From Eukaryota sp. TZLM1-RC (taxonomy: Eukaryota > Protista > Metamonada: BaSk clade), in assembly GCA_040285825.1 (NCBI GenBank), contig JAUPSS010000001.1, positions 3,224,001 through 3,288,000 of the forward strand: a stretch of DNA of 64,000 nt. The letters run 5' to 3'. Under the pieces are notes generated by a model, which was not told where the DNA came from, did no database searches, and was given only the letters and a program-made list of their open reading frames with translations. Below are positions 24,960-36,239 of the stretch, piece by piece; position 1 is the first letter of the stretch, and every line of letters starts with the position of its first letter. The position numbers were made by a program, and so were the translations under genes.

Positions 24960-25078
24960 TACTGAAGAAGCAATGGCGAGAAAACAAGCAGATCAGGATT
25001 TTGTAGAGGAAGTCTTGGTTTATTGAATTGTCACGTTAGTAATGATTTTATTTTATTAGGTGCTGTAGTTCAATGAAG
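24960..25078 (+). mobile_element. Decayed family-A 3' tail
   Basis: EEAMARKQADQDFVEEVLV matches the family-A C-terminus REALARQQANQDFVEEILV and is followed by a similar 3' UTR. Confidence 0.7.
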
Positions 25079-25316
25079 AATTTTATCTAATTTGTACAAG
25101 TGTTTTTTGTTAACACTGAAAGGAAAAAATCTCCAATAAAACCACTACAACATACATCTATTTGACAAATGTTACTATCAAAGAACAAAATGCTTTTAAC
25201 AATGCATTTCGAATTTGTAGTTGTCCTTAATTGTTTTGTTTTAACTTGTATATTAATAACTTATTGCGTATTGGGAAAACGAAAGCTTGCTTAACGAAAC
25301 CCTAACAAAATTTAAC

Positions 25317-25398
25317 GCAAGCGTGACCGAGTTGGTTAAGGTGTAGGATTTAAGCCCCTATGGCGTGAGCCGCGCGAGTTCGAGTCTCGTCGCTTGCA
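25317..25398 (+). tRNA. tRNA-Leu (anticodon TAA), 82 nt
   Basis: GCAAGCG-TG-ACCGAGTTGGTTAAGGT-G-TAGGA-TTTAAGC-CCCTA-TGGCGTGAGCCG-CGCGAG-TTCGAGT-CTCGT-CGCTTGC-A. Type II cloverleaf, G37, A73. Confidence 0.93.
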
Positions 25399-26082
25399 TT
25401 TTATCAAATGATTTTCTAGGTAAATTCAAAACTATATCATCATTTCGCACCATGATCTTAAAGAGTCTTCAGATGATTGTCAAGAGCATTTAGACAACAA
25501 AACTACTCCTGCTGTTGTTTTTTTTCTTCTGGTACATGAATTACTTCGTCAACACTTTCTTTTTCTTTTCTCTTTTTTTCCTTTTTCTTTTGATACTTTT
25601 TTTACTTTTATGTATATTTTTACAGTATTGTTTAATAATGAACCAGCTTCAACCAATGAAGCTGTAAATTGTAAATAGTACTATTTTCGGAACCCCTAAA
25701 TTGAATTATTTGCTATTGATTTGAAATTTAGAAATAATGTCCTTGGCAAGACAATATTCACTAACATAAACCAAATTAAATTAAATTATTTAAGGAGTTG
25801 CAAGAAATTTCCATTAATTTTGGAAGTAGAAGATCCAAGATTTGCTGAAAACGATACTGAATTCCATACATCTACTAGAAGAATTGGGCTTTTTGAGAGC
25901 AAGGGGTAAATGACAAAAACTGAAATGGAATCAACTTTTGATATTGTATTTATTTGTATTTTGCCAAGGTACTATGAATTTCTATCAAAACTCATTCTTC
26001 CGCAGTAGTGCTGTACCCATCGGTCACCTGTTCTTTGATGAATTAGAAGGTATCTTGAAATTCTTTGTGATCTATTTGCTCA

Positions 26083-29000
26083 ATTTATTGAATTTGCACA
26101 CTTGATTAAATTAAATCATAACTAATGGGACGACTATCATTAAACCAAGATTTCCTCTACAAAATCTTGATTTGCTTGCTGTCTAGCTAAAGCTTCTCTA
26201 ATTCGATTGAAAAACCGCGGTAATCTATTAATAATGGCAAATTGAATCCGTGAACGCCATAAAAAATATCAAATCTTTTCATTGTTTTTTCTTTCACCAT
26301 TTTTTGGAAGTCATCCAAAAAAGTTTCTGCTTCAGCTGATAATCTTCCATTTATCGAAAATGGGAAAGCAATAAAAACCAGCTGTGTATTTCTATCGACA
26401 TTTGCATCTTCAATTTCTTTATCATATTTTCTATGTTTTTCTTTTGCTTTAAAATCCAGAGCAGCCACAGGATTAAGTTTTCTTCTGTGAACCAAAGTAT
26501 CGTTTGCAACATTACATGAGACAAAGTCAACAATAGCTTCAGAATTATCAATCCAATCACAGTATACATCACCTCTATCATCAGAACCAAAATTATTCAG
26601 AGAAAGTGTTTCTTTCAGCAGGGGCTCTTTGATACACGATATCCTTGCAGTTTGTGCCATATTGAAAACAGTGTCTCTAACAGCATCATGTAATGAAGAA
26701 CGATAAGTTATCAATTTAGAGCAATTTAGAGCATGGCGCAAAGTGAGTTGAGGTGAATTCGAACAAATACATTTTTCTTTTGATAATAATTGGTTAATGG
26801 GGATGTTCAAATATAATCTCATTTTTGTTACAAATGCTTCATTAGTGGCACACAATCCAAATCTTCGTGGTACAATGGTTACAAAAAGTGAAGAATCTGA
26901 CGCCTTGTTTTCACAAACACCCTTTTCCAATAACAATGAGTGAAGATCTTGATTTAAAACAGCCGAGCTGCAAATATTATTATAAAGATCTTTTTCATAC
27001 ATTCCAGTCAATCTTTTCTGTAATGTTCGAAGAGTGTACTTCAAATTTAAAACATTTTTTTCTGGAATATTGCCATTGAATGATTGGGGAAAACATCGAC
27101 CCCATTTTTCTACATCAATTCTTGAAATTTCTTCATTTAATGCAAAAACAGTGGAACTTTGCGTTGTCATCAATAAATCTTCCCAATCTGCAAATCTTTC
27201 GGAAAACTCAAAGATTGCATTTCTGCATCCACCAACAAAAGCACACGAGGTAAGAATAGAAGCCTTCGTCCACCCTAAACCACCATAATGTGGACTAAGG
27301 TAAGCATGATCTGGAATTTGAAACATTTTACATCCCAGTAATTGAGACAGAACTTTTGCACGTAACTCATTAAACTTTTGAGCCAAAGGTCTAGTGACGA
27401 GAGGATTTGTAGATCGAAATATATGATTAAAATTGGAACTAAAACACAGTCTTATAATGGTAAATTTGATGTGTTTTTTTATATCTAAATTCATCATTCG
27501 GTCAATTTTGTCAGAAATTGAGTTCACCTTTTCAAACAATTTTTGGTAATTTCATCATTATTTCCTAAAAACGAACCCAAATGACGAATAGCATCAATTG
27601 AATATAATTTGGCTTGAATTTCAATATCATCAATTATTGTGGAAACTGGAGAATTCGATAACAAAACACATTTAAGTAAATTAAGTCGGAGACCAATTTT
27701 GGTAAATAATTCTTTAAAACATACAGTTGCTTTTTTCACAATATTTAAATCACCAATAAGCACAACATCATCCATATATGCAATCATTTTTAGTGAAGGA
27801 AACATCTCTTGAATTTGCAGTAGAATAGGATGGATGGCCAAACAAAACAAAAGAGGTCCTAACGGATCTCCTTGCTTTACGCCACTTGATGAACTCAAAA
27901 TGTTGTTACCAAAATGTAAATTAGAATATGTGCAATAAGTTGATTGAAAATATGGTATTAATTCCGGCATATATTGCAATAGAGCACCATGGATACTGCG
28001 ACGACTTAGTGAATTGAAAGCATTACTAAAATCCAATGACATGCAAACATTGAATTCATTTTGACGAAATAAGACATCAGTAGCAAAAATCGCTGAAGAG
28101 ACTCCATCTGTAGTATTTATACCATATTGAAAGGGTAATAAAATCTTTTTAGCTTTTTCATTGAACCTGCTTAAGCAACACGCAGAAAAAATATTGTGTA
28201 AGCTCTCAGAGACTGCAATAGGACGAACATCCATTTTTGAATTTTTGACAAGTGCAGTCAAACGAGAACTACTTAATTCTTCTGGGTATTTGCGTTGACC
28301 AGATAATATTTGGTTGAAAAATTTAGTCAATAAACCAAGGCAATCTTCTGAAGAAATAATCGCGGCTTTTACATGATCAATAGTAATACCAGAAAGTCCG
28401 GCAGACTTACCACGAGGTCTCTTTTTGATAACCGAAAAAACTTCTGATGGCATCAATGGATAATTTTCCCAATATGTGCCGTAAAAATTTTGATCCATTA
28501 TAGGGTCTTCATAAGGATGAAGAATTTTCAGTTTTTCTATGGTATTTTCATTGTTCGGTGCTTTAACTCCGGGACTTAAAGCTGACAAAGCCTTGGACCA
28601 TTTGTTGTCAAAGCATTTGTCTTCAAAAATTTTACTTAATTTCTCGGATGTCTGATTTCTCGGTGCTATATTAGTTAAATCTTCGGAAATATTAACGAAA
28701 TTTTGTTCAAAAGGAGGACAAAAAGAACCAAAAAATTCCCAAATAATATTGATAGCATACTTTCCTTTACATAATTGATCCAAAAATCTTTGAAAAACGA
28801 AAGCAAATTCATTGCATTTGGTCGGATGAATTTCTTGAGGTATTCTTATAGGAGGATGGTAGTTATCAACTATGCGGCATTTCAAGCAGCGGTCAGAAGT
28901 TTTTCCTTTTGCATTTTTTCTAAAAGAAATACCACAAGTGTTGCAAGTTTTGTGCTTTAATCGGTTGCAAACTGGTTTTGCAACAATTTGTGGAGCATTA

Positions 29001-29338
29001 TTTATGGGTTCTACCTTAGACTCTTTCCTTCTAATAAATTTTCTTTTACATTTTGTTTCAGAATTTGCCACATTATTTTTTCCAACATTGGGGCATGTTC
29101 GAGCATTATGTCCCTGTTGTCGACACTTTGAGCATCTGTAGGAGCGTGGCTTTGTTTTTGAACAAACTTTGTTTTCATCGTGATTGTCTAAAAATTCTGG
29201 ATCAGAAATTTTTTTGTCCAAAAATGAAGAGAGAAGAGGTTGAGGAGGAGAGGTGGAAAGGACGTCTTGAGCATCTTGTTGTCTATCGTTCTTTCTTTTG
29301 ACTCCATTAGAATCAGAAATTGATTCAGGCATCAACAA
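26083..29338 (-). mobile_element. Near-intact family-A CRE-like non-LTR retrotransposon; single ORF of ~1064 aa (ATG 29332, stop 26140) after correcting two 1-nt homopolymer deletions
   Basis: N-terminal CSKCRQQGHNARTC and CNTC..CLKC. RT: KSAGLSG, RPIAVSE, LDFSNAFNS, GVKQGDPLGP, YMDD, RHLG. Knuckle CICSNSPQLTLRHALNC. RLE: HDAVRD..EP..RGD..D..KHRKY. The breaks at 27540-27544 (T5; 6 in the 47 kb copy) and 26261-26266 (A6; 7 in the 16 kb copy) lie in homopolymers. The 5' end is not defined. Confidence 0.93.
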
Positions 29339-30449
29339 GAAAGAATAGAAGCAATGATCTCGGTTCAGCCAGGTTTTAAGTTAAACGGTTATATGTAGAG
29401 GAAGAAAAAAAATTAATTCTTTGTTGAGATGCACTAAAAAACAGATAGTTGTAAACTGCTCTAGTCCTTCTGTCTTCGAAAGCGTGACTGTGTAACTGAC
29501 GAATATTCCAGCCAAATAGAAGAAAATTGAACATCAGAGTCATTGGGTAGAAAGTGGTTTGGATGAAAAAGTAAAACTACCCAATCTGGGAAAACAGTAT
29601 CATCGTTCCAAAGAGTTCTATTCTTCAGCAAAAACAGCGGTAGCTCCAACCTATTTCTTTGCTCAAAGAATTGTTTGATAATTAGGTTAACTAATAGATA
29701 CAACGTAATATCCTTTCCAGGGAGGGATGTAGTTTTTCTAGTTTTTTATTGGAGATGTAAATGGTTGCTGTTTCTTTGGTATTATCCTTCGGTTTATCTA
29801 GATTTCTTTTTCTCTTTGATTTTTTAGCAAATCTTGATCGATAAATTATCGTTGTATATCATTCTTGCAATTCTGGATTATTTAAGGGTAGATTATCTCA
29901 AATAAGCAAAACAATTGACATATGATTCACAAAGGATGAACGAGAAAACAAAGGCTGTAAGCTGTGGTATGACTATAAGCTTATATAGCAAAAGAGTTCA
30001 ATTATTTCAATTAATTTGATCAATGATGACGCCTATTTATTGTAATGTTGTACAAGGAAAAGAGATAATTAGAAACAATTGACACATTAGAATTAGAAAC
30101 TGAATGGTTTCTATAGAAATAGAGCTGGAACTGGAAATACTCATACAGCATACTCAGTACCAACTGAACATATATAAATGATGGCAACACTCTTTTCGCT
30201 GTAGAGGAAAATGCCTACTGTTTGCAAGGAGATAGATTTTTTTCCAAAATAAAAAGGAAAACTGAAATGGAGCAAGAATGTGGAATGAATTCCACTCTGC
30301 CAAGGTAGGACTGGTTGTTTCACTAGAATATTCGACAATCAACAATTAACAAGCCATCAAAAACGAACTCATTATTGAAGGATTTCATTCACTAATACAA
30401 TTTAAAACATCCAAAAAACCAAAATAAACAAACCAAAATTTATTTAAAC

Positions 30450-33400
30450 CTAAACGCTACAAAAACATCTATTCATGGATTTACACATATAACGATGGCA
30501 ACTAACATCAGTATGGGGAGGATCAACTATTACTGGTTTCGGGCTTGGCTTTCTGCAAAAATAGACAGCTAGAGCTACAAGAACAATCAATACGCCAAAA
30601 CCAAATACCACAAACAAAGAAAAACTGATGCTATCATCAACTACATTTACATCTAAAACCGCAGCTTGCCATAAATCATTTTGAACCAAAGCAACACTGG
30701 AATTAGAAAGTGGAGACTCCAAGTTAGCAGTTACTTCATTTCCTTCTACAAAACATTGACCTTTTACACCTTCAAAAACTAATCCACAATCAATACTAAT
30801 TCTCCTGGATATAATTGAATCCGAGAAAACAACCACAAGTTGATTTCTTCTTTGACTGAATGAGGCGCTAGCTATTGACAGAGCATTCCTGCAATGATGA
30901 GATGGAATTCTTGAGGGACATTTGGTTCTATCAAAGTTTCTAAAGCTTGAATCAAAAGAAATTCCCTTGTTATTTGAAGGAATTGATATAGATAATGGGA
31001 AAACTGAATGAAGAATTCTTAAAGAAGTACTTGTTCTAATTCTTTCAAATAATAAAGCATGATTACCCCATTTCCAAAGTACATCAATTCCATTTGAATT
31101 ACTTGGAATTACCACATTTGTTAGATTTAATTCAAAAACAGCATTATTTTCTAAAGAAAAGGTCCAAGTGCAGTCATCATCACCAGTGACGCCTTTAAAT
31201 TTTCCAGAATTACCAGCTAAATCAACTTTACCACTGCAAATAGAATTTTCTTTTTCTGAATCATTTAAATAATTTCTACAATATTGAGAACTAATTCTTT
31301 TTGGACACAAATCTCTATGAATATTGTTAAAACTTGCTGAAAAAGTTGAGTCATTATTCGAAGAGACAAAGTGCACAGAAAGAGGGTACAAAGAATGGAA
31401 AACTCGACGTTCTGTTGATGAAGAGATTCTGGCAAGTCTTAACTTATGATTGTTCCATTTCCAATTAACATCAATTAAATCACCACTTTTAAGGAAAACA
31501 TTTGTTAAATTTAATTCAACTAAATTGTTTTCTAATAAAGGTAATTCCCAAGTGCAATCAGCTTTTCCCTCTACACCAAAAGAATCCTTTTCCTTCTCAA
31601 AAATGGTTTTTTCCTTACAATTAGTAGGTTTCGGTTGGGGTTTAGGGGAATTTCCAAGGAACAAATCAAAACCCTTGGAAAAACCTTGAGAATTTGCAGT
31701 AAAAACAACTCTAATATTGGTGGAAATAGTGAAAATTTGGTCATTTCCATCTTTAATTGTGCTAATTAAAGTTCTTGTAGAGCCAGATTCGGAATAAATA
31801 GAAAGATAATGCCCTTCTGCAAGATTTATATTGGCAACATTCAGTTTTAAATCAAGTCCTGAAGGATTCAAAACCCTCCAAACCACATCTATTCCTGGCT
31901 TATAATGAGAAATTCCCTTAATTAATGGTAATTCGTGGTAATCAAGATCTCTAACAGTAACCGCATTATCCCCAATAGCGTGGTATAAGGAGCAATCATG
32001 ACCAAAAAAGGGAAATTCACAAGAACAAAAACCATTAATACATTTGCCTTGATTAGAACAAGAATTAGGACAAGATTCACCACAATTAAGTAAATTTCCT
32101 GAATTACATTTACAAATTCCGTTTAAACATTGGCCATTATTATTACAATTATCAGGACAAGAATCGCAATCAATCAAATCCACGTCACCAATCACTGATA
32201 AGGAATAAGTTTGACTCGAAGATAAGCCATTTCCCTTAATTAAAATTTGATAATTACCAGCTGCTGAAGGAATAATTAATCTATCAGAAGTGGAATGTCT
32301 AAATGGCTTATTCAAATTAGAAATTTCTTTTCCTGAAGAATCCAAAATAATTAATTCTAAGGGATTAATTATACAATCCTGACAACCTGCAAAAGCTTGG
32401 GGGTCTGTCCAAGCTAAGGTAACAATAACTTTACCATTAGAATTAGTTTTAAAACAATGTGATTTAATAGGATTTGAATTAGAAATTTCATAATCTTCAT
32501 TAGAAACCACAACAGATTCGAATAAAGGTTTTAAATTAACCCTGCCATAACCATAAACAGAGGAGGGAGCTTCATCCAAGTCTACCCACTTGTTATTACC
32601 CCAATTAACTTTACCATTATTATCATTTAAAGGGACAGCGGAACCTATAATTAAACTTCTTAATAAAGAAGCAGTGGGTTTGATATCATTATTATTTAAA
32701 TATTCCCTTAATAAAGCCGCAGCTCCAGCAACTGTGGGTGCTGCCATTGAAGTACCAGCTTTCATTATTACCCCACAATTAGTTCCTGGATTGGCAGAAG
32801 TCAAGGGAAGTCCCGTGGAAACCACATCAGGTTTAATACCCCCATAATCAGTAAATCCCCTTGAAGAGAAAGATGCAACTACATTTTCATTTGCTCTTTC
32901 TTCTGGACTATTCCAAATACCAAAAGATCTGCAAATGCTGCTAGAAACAGCACAAGTTCCAGAAACCCCATTTCTAGAGGTAATACTAGCTCCAACTGTT
33001 AAAACGTTTTTAGCAGTAGCAGCAGCACCAATCGTCCTAGTTCCACTACCACCAGAATTACCAGCAGCAAAGACAACCAAAGCTTCTCTATTATTGTACA
33101 CAAATCGATCCCAAAGCGCAGAGTCACTAGTGTAAGGAGAAGTAGCTAATCTAGATCCCCAAGAATTAGAAATAATACGAGAGCCGACAGAATAGGCAGG
33201 TTCTAGCCATCTACCAATCAAATCACGTGGGATTGATAACCCATTTGATGGGGGTCGATTGGTATCAATAATGATTACTTTGGAATCGGGAGCTACACCG
33301 TGAGCAGAATTCCACAAGTTATTACCAATAGATTTCCCTGCAACCGTACCAGTCACGTGAGTTCCATGATTGATGACGTCAGCACCATCCCCCAACTCGT

Positions 33401-34247
33401 CATCATAAAAAACCACTTTCCGATGTTTTGAACCCCTAGCACGTGATATTGATGACCGAAGGTTTCCCTTTTCAATTATATTATTTTCATCTTTAAAAAA
33501 ACAATGATTTGTATCAACTCCACTATCAATTACTGTTACAATTTCATTATTGCCAGTAATTCCTTTTGCTGCAAACGGAAAATATTGGGGTTGTGAAGAG
33601 CGCTCTTCATTAGGACAAATGGAACCAGAAACAGGGGAGGGACCATTTGAATTACCTTCAATTAAAGCAGAAGCATGGCAGTTTGAAGGTTCATATTCTA
33701 CATGTGGGTCTATCCATGTAACATTAGAATGAGAAGCTATACCATTAAGTATATCAGAAAAAGATGAACAAAAGCTGAAAACTAAAGAATTTTCAGAATG
33801 GTCAAGTAAAGTCAACTCAGAGGTTCCAGTGAGTAAATAGAGTTGAGAAAGAGTGCCATTAAGGTTGGAAATTGGAGAGATAAGTTCCACGTTAATAGAA
33901 AGACAGTCTTCATTAAAGTCTAAAAGTTGAGGGTCGAGTTTGAGGTTAGGGGTAAGGAAAGCAGAGACAAGGTGGTTACGGGAGAGGTAAGAGTAGAACT
34001 CTTCAGCAGAAAGGACCTTCACGAGCTGTTTTCCGGCAGATATAAAGTCACCAAGGAGAGCAGAACCTTTGGGAGGAGGGTCTATGTCCTTAGTTGAAGA
34101 CTTCCAGTCAATAACAAGCAGTTCTCCGTTAGAGGAGGAAGAACCAAAGGGTGTAGAGACGGAAGAGTCAAATTCAAGGTTTCCGGACCTCAAGTGGGCT
34201 GAAACGTATAAACAGAGTAGGAGAGAGACACAGAGTAAACGTTGCAT
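30450..34247 (-). CDS. Membrane-anchored subtilisin-like (S8, KP-43/Tag-type) serine protease with EGF and CUB-like domains, copy 1
   Basis: 1265 aa. Signal peptide; triad VIDSG, HGTHVTG, GTSMAAP; FAAGN oxyanion residue; FSSRG..IKPD; VTLAWTD jelly-roll; two CP..C...G.C..G.C.C EGF repeats; repeated DCTW CUB-like units; C-terminal TM helix and Cys-rich tail. Confidence 0.93.
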   Translation of the reverse strand: MQRLLCVSLLLCLYVSAHLRSGNLEFDSSVSTPFGSSSSNGELLVIDWKSSTKDIDPPPKGSALLGDFISAGKQLVKVLSAEEFYSYLSRNHLVSAFLTPNLKLDPQLLDFNEDCLSINVELISPISNLNGTLSQLYLLTGTSELTLLDHSENSLVFSFCSSFSDILNGIASHSNVTWIDPHVEYEPSNCHASALIEGNSNGPSPVSGSICPNEERSSQPQYFPFAAKGITGNNEIVTVIDSGVDTNHCFFKDENNIIEKGNLRSSISRARGSKHRKVVFYDDELGDGADVINHGTHVTGTVAGKSIGNNLWNSAHGVAPDSKVIIIDTNRPPSNGLSIPRDLIGRWLEPAYSVGSRIISNSWGSRLATSPYTSDSALWDRFVYNNREALVVFAAGNSGGSGTRTIGAAATAKNVLTVGASITSRNGVSGTCAVSSSICRSFGIWNSPEERANENVVASFSSRGFTDYGGIKPDVVSTGLPLTSANPGTNCGVIMKAGTSMAAPTVAGAAALLREYLNNNDIKPTASLLRSLIIGSAVPLNDNNGKVNWGNNKWVDLDEAPSSVYGYGRVNLKPLFESVVVSNEDYEISNSNPIKSHCFKTNSNGKVIVTLAWTDPQAFAGCQDCIINPLELIILDSSGKEISNLNKPFRHSTSDRLIIPSAAGNYQILIKGNGLSSSQTYSLSVIGDVDLIDCDSCPDNCNNNGQCLNGICKCNSGNLLNCGESCPNSCSNQGKCINGFCSCEFPFFGHDCSLYHAIGDNAVTVRDLDYHELPLIKGISHYKPGIDVVWRVLNPSGLDLKLNVANINLAEGHYLSIYSESGSTRTLISTIKDGNDQIFTISTNIRVVFTANSQGFSKGFDLFLGNSPKPQPKPTNCKEKTIFEKEKDSFGVEGKADCTWELPLLENNLVELNLTNVFLKSGDLIDVNWKWNNHKLRLARISSSTERRVFHSLYPLSVHFVSSNNDSTFSASFNNIHRDLCPKRISSQYCRNYLNDSEKENSICSGKVDLAGNSGKFKGVTGDDDCTWTFSLENNAVFELNLTNVVIPSNSNGIDVLWKWGNHALLFERIRTSTSLRILHSVFPLSISIPSNNKGISFDSSFRNFDRTKCPSRIPSHHCRNALSIASASFSQRRNQLVVVFSDSIISRRISIDCGLVFEGVKGQCFVEGNEVTANLESPLSNSSVALVQNDLWQAAVLDVNVVDDSISFSLFVVFGFGVLIVLVALAVYFCRKPSPKPVIVDPPHTDVSCHRYMCKSMNRCFCSV

Positions 34248-34624
34248 TAGGGAAAAATGAACAATACTGAATACGCAGAAAATTTAAACATCATGAACCA
34301 GTGAAAACTAACTAAGAACAGGCGCAAACAAGGCGATGTTGGAGAAGGAAGTCAAGTTTCTCACATGATGTTGTCGTTGAGCAAGAGAGGGGAAGATCGA
34401 TTGATAAAGGTTTGTAAATCATTTCGATCAATGAATCATTGTTGGACCGATATTCTACGGACAACAACTCTGTCCACTTACTCCTTCACTTATGCCTCGT
34501 TCCCGCTCCGCTAGGAGGTCTCGACGATAACTATACTGATGAGATTCGCCTAAATTGTTTTTAAAACTAGTTTGTACAGGTGTTTATTGATCTTTTTTGT
34601 GTATTAATACAACGTTTGTCTCAT

Positions 34625-35515
34625 CTAGAACAAATAACGCCATTCACTGACCCTGTTCACTTTGAATCTCCATCTCCAGTAATTTATACTCATGGTGGTT
34701 TCATGAAGTCCAATAGAGTCTAGATATTGAGCTACACAGAAACTTTTTGAAAAAAGTTTCGTTCTCTCAAAACTGTAATCATAATCACATACAGCAGGAA
34801 GGAACCATGCTTTCAAGTCGTTTCTGGATATAAAGAACACCTGGAGAAAAACCGTGAGGATCAGCAATCGTGTCACCAAAGACAATGAAACTCTTAGAAC
34901 ATCAAAACAGAGGAACAACAGGGTCCACAAGAATCCCATTAACAAACTTATAAGTGGAAACATCAATACTGAGATTGAGAGAACAGTGAACAGGACGTAT
35001 TTCGCAAGTGTAATAATAATATTGATTGGAATGAACAAACAGCGGGGAACAGGTTTGTGAGGAAACACTAGAGCCCAACCATGGTTATAGTCTCTGAAAA
35101 ACTCCAGCTTGTGGGCAAAATGAGAAGTAATAACCTTAAATGGTGCCAGTAGGGCAATCTTCACTCCAAAGATACGATATCCCTTTGAGATTCCTGATGG
35201 GTTACTACCACAGTGGTGAAGAGTAGCTCGGAACAACACCATCCAAATCAGAATAAAGGGAGCGATCAGGGCATATTTAAGCGAATTGTTGCAATGTATG
35301 CTGAATTCAGCATGATCAGGAGCAAAGAGGTGCTCTAAACAGTGATAAATAGATGATGAGTGTGGGTTCACTGTGTTCACTGTGTTAGAGTTGGGACGGC
35401 TTTGTGTTTCTATGGGAGTAATGATGATTTCTGTCATGGTGAGGTTCCAAGAAACACCTCCTTTGTCTTGCAAGAACCAAATTAAAACAGTGATCATAAT
35501 CCCCAGAAGCACTGT
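34625..35515 (-). CDS. Hypothetical multi-pass membrane protein; 5' end uncertain (probable upstream exon)
   Basis: 295-codon frame with several hydrophobic segments, preceded directly by an acceptor-like CATACTGTAG. A retro remnant lies just upstream. Confidence 0.6.
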   Translation of the reverse strand, partial: TVLLGIMITVLIWFLQDKGGVSWNLTMTEIIITPIETQSRPNSNTVNTVNPHSSSIYHCLEHLFAPDHAEFSIHCNNSLKYALIAPFILIWMVLFRATLHHCGSNPSGISKGYRIFGVKIALLAPFKVITSHFAHKLEFFRDYNHGWALVFPHKPVPRCLFIPINIIITLAKYVLFTVLSISVLMFPLISLLMGFLWTLLFLCFDVLRVSLSLVTRLLILTVFLQVFFISRNDLKAWFLPAVCDYDYSFERTKLFSKSFCVAQYLDSIGLHETTMSINYWRWRFKVNRVSEWRYLF

Positions 35516-35599
35516 CTACAGTATGATTTTTGAAAAACTGAAAAAAAAGGAATATTCTCACTTAAATATTTTTTTATTTTTTTTTAATTTGTTCCAATG

Positions 35600-35870
35600 A
35601 GAAACTGAACAACAAAATTAAAACTCTAAATCTTCATATCCCAAATCAGCCAAGAAGAATTGACTGGAAGTTTTTCTTTCATAAAAACGAACAAGAGATA
35701 ATAAAGCATAAGACAATAACGGGACAACGTCTTTAAAAATTGAAAATACAATTCTGTTCTGCCAAAACATTTTGTCAAAAATTCTTCCTGTATGTCAATT
35801 TCAACAAAATCATCTAAGAAAGATAAAGCAATTGGTCCAAGCGTGCCATGTGGGAAGAACGCACATGGAC
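35600..35870 (-). mobile_element. Family-E 3' remnant
   Basis: CPCAFFPHGTLGPIALSFLDDF and a frameshifted FWQNRIVFSI-type tail; similar to 6870-7090. Confidence 0.75.
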
Positions 35871-36239
35871 AAATCACCTCTTGACTAACTTCTGTCCTCG
35901 AATTGGGGTGTTTTCATCTAGATTTTGAAAAAACTATAACTTATGTTACTGTTGTTGTTCATTGCTCTTTGTTTCATGCTACTAATCAATTCTCTTCAAC
36001 AACTATTTTGCTCTTCTGAAACTTTTTCTAAACCAGAAGACATCTAGTAGATTAAATTTGTTTTAGTTAATAAGCTCAATTTTATTACTCAACAACATTA
36101 AAACAATACAGTGATTCATGAAGATATTTTTTATAATCTCACCGTACACGTTATTCGTCATTTATCGGGCGCTCTACTTGGGAGAATACAGTGATTGAAT
36201 GATAAATAAAATAATAAACTGAATTAATAAATTTACAGG

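Noticed and set aside
25343-25359. tRNA read as an ochre suppressor (TTA) or evidence of a variant genetic code
   Set aside because: Loop geometry centres on TAA with U33 and G37 and Leu identity elements. Host genes end normally in TAA, TAG and TGA, and long ORFs lack internal stops.
26255-26270. Programmed -1 frameshift near the family-A C-terminus (three of four copies lack one T here)
   Set aside because: There is no in-frame X XXY YYZ heptamer, and the 16.3 kb copy is in frame. Homopolymer deletions occur elsewhere in this assembly, so error or decay is more likely. Accurate reads would settle it.
29651-29667. TTTGCTCAA as the 5' target-site duplication of the full-length family-A element
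   Set aside because: It is only a 9-nt AT-rich match to the 3' flank and could be chance. The 5' end is left undefined.
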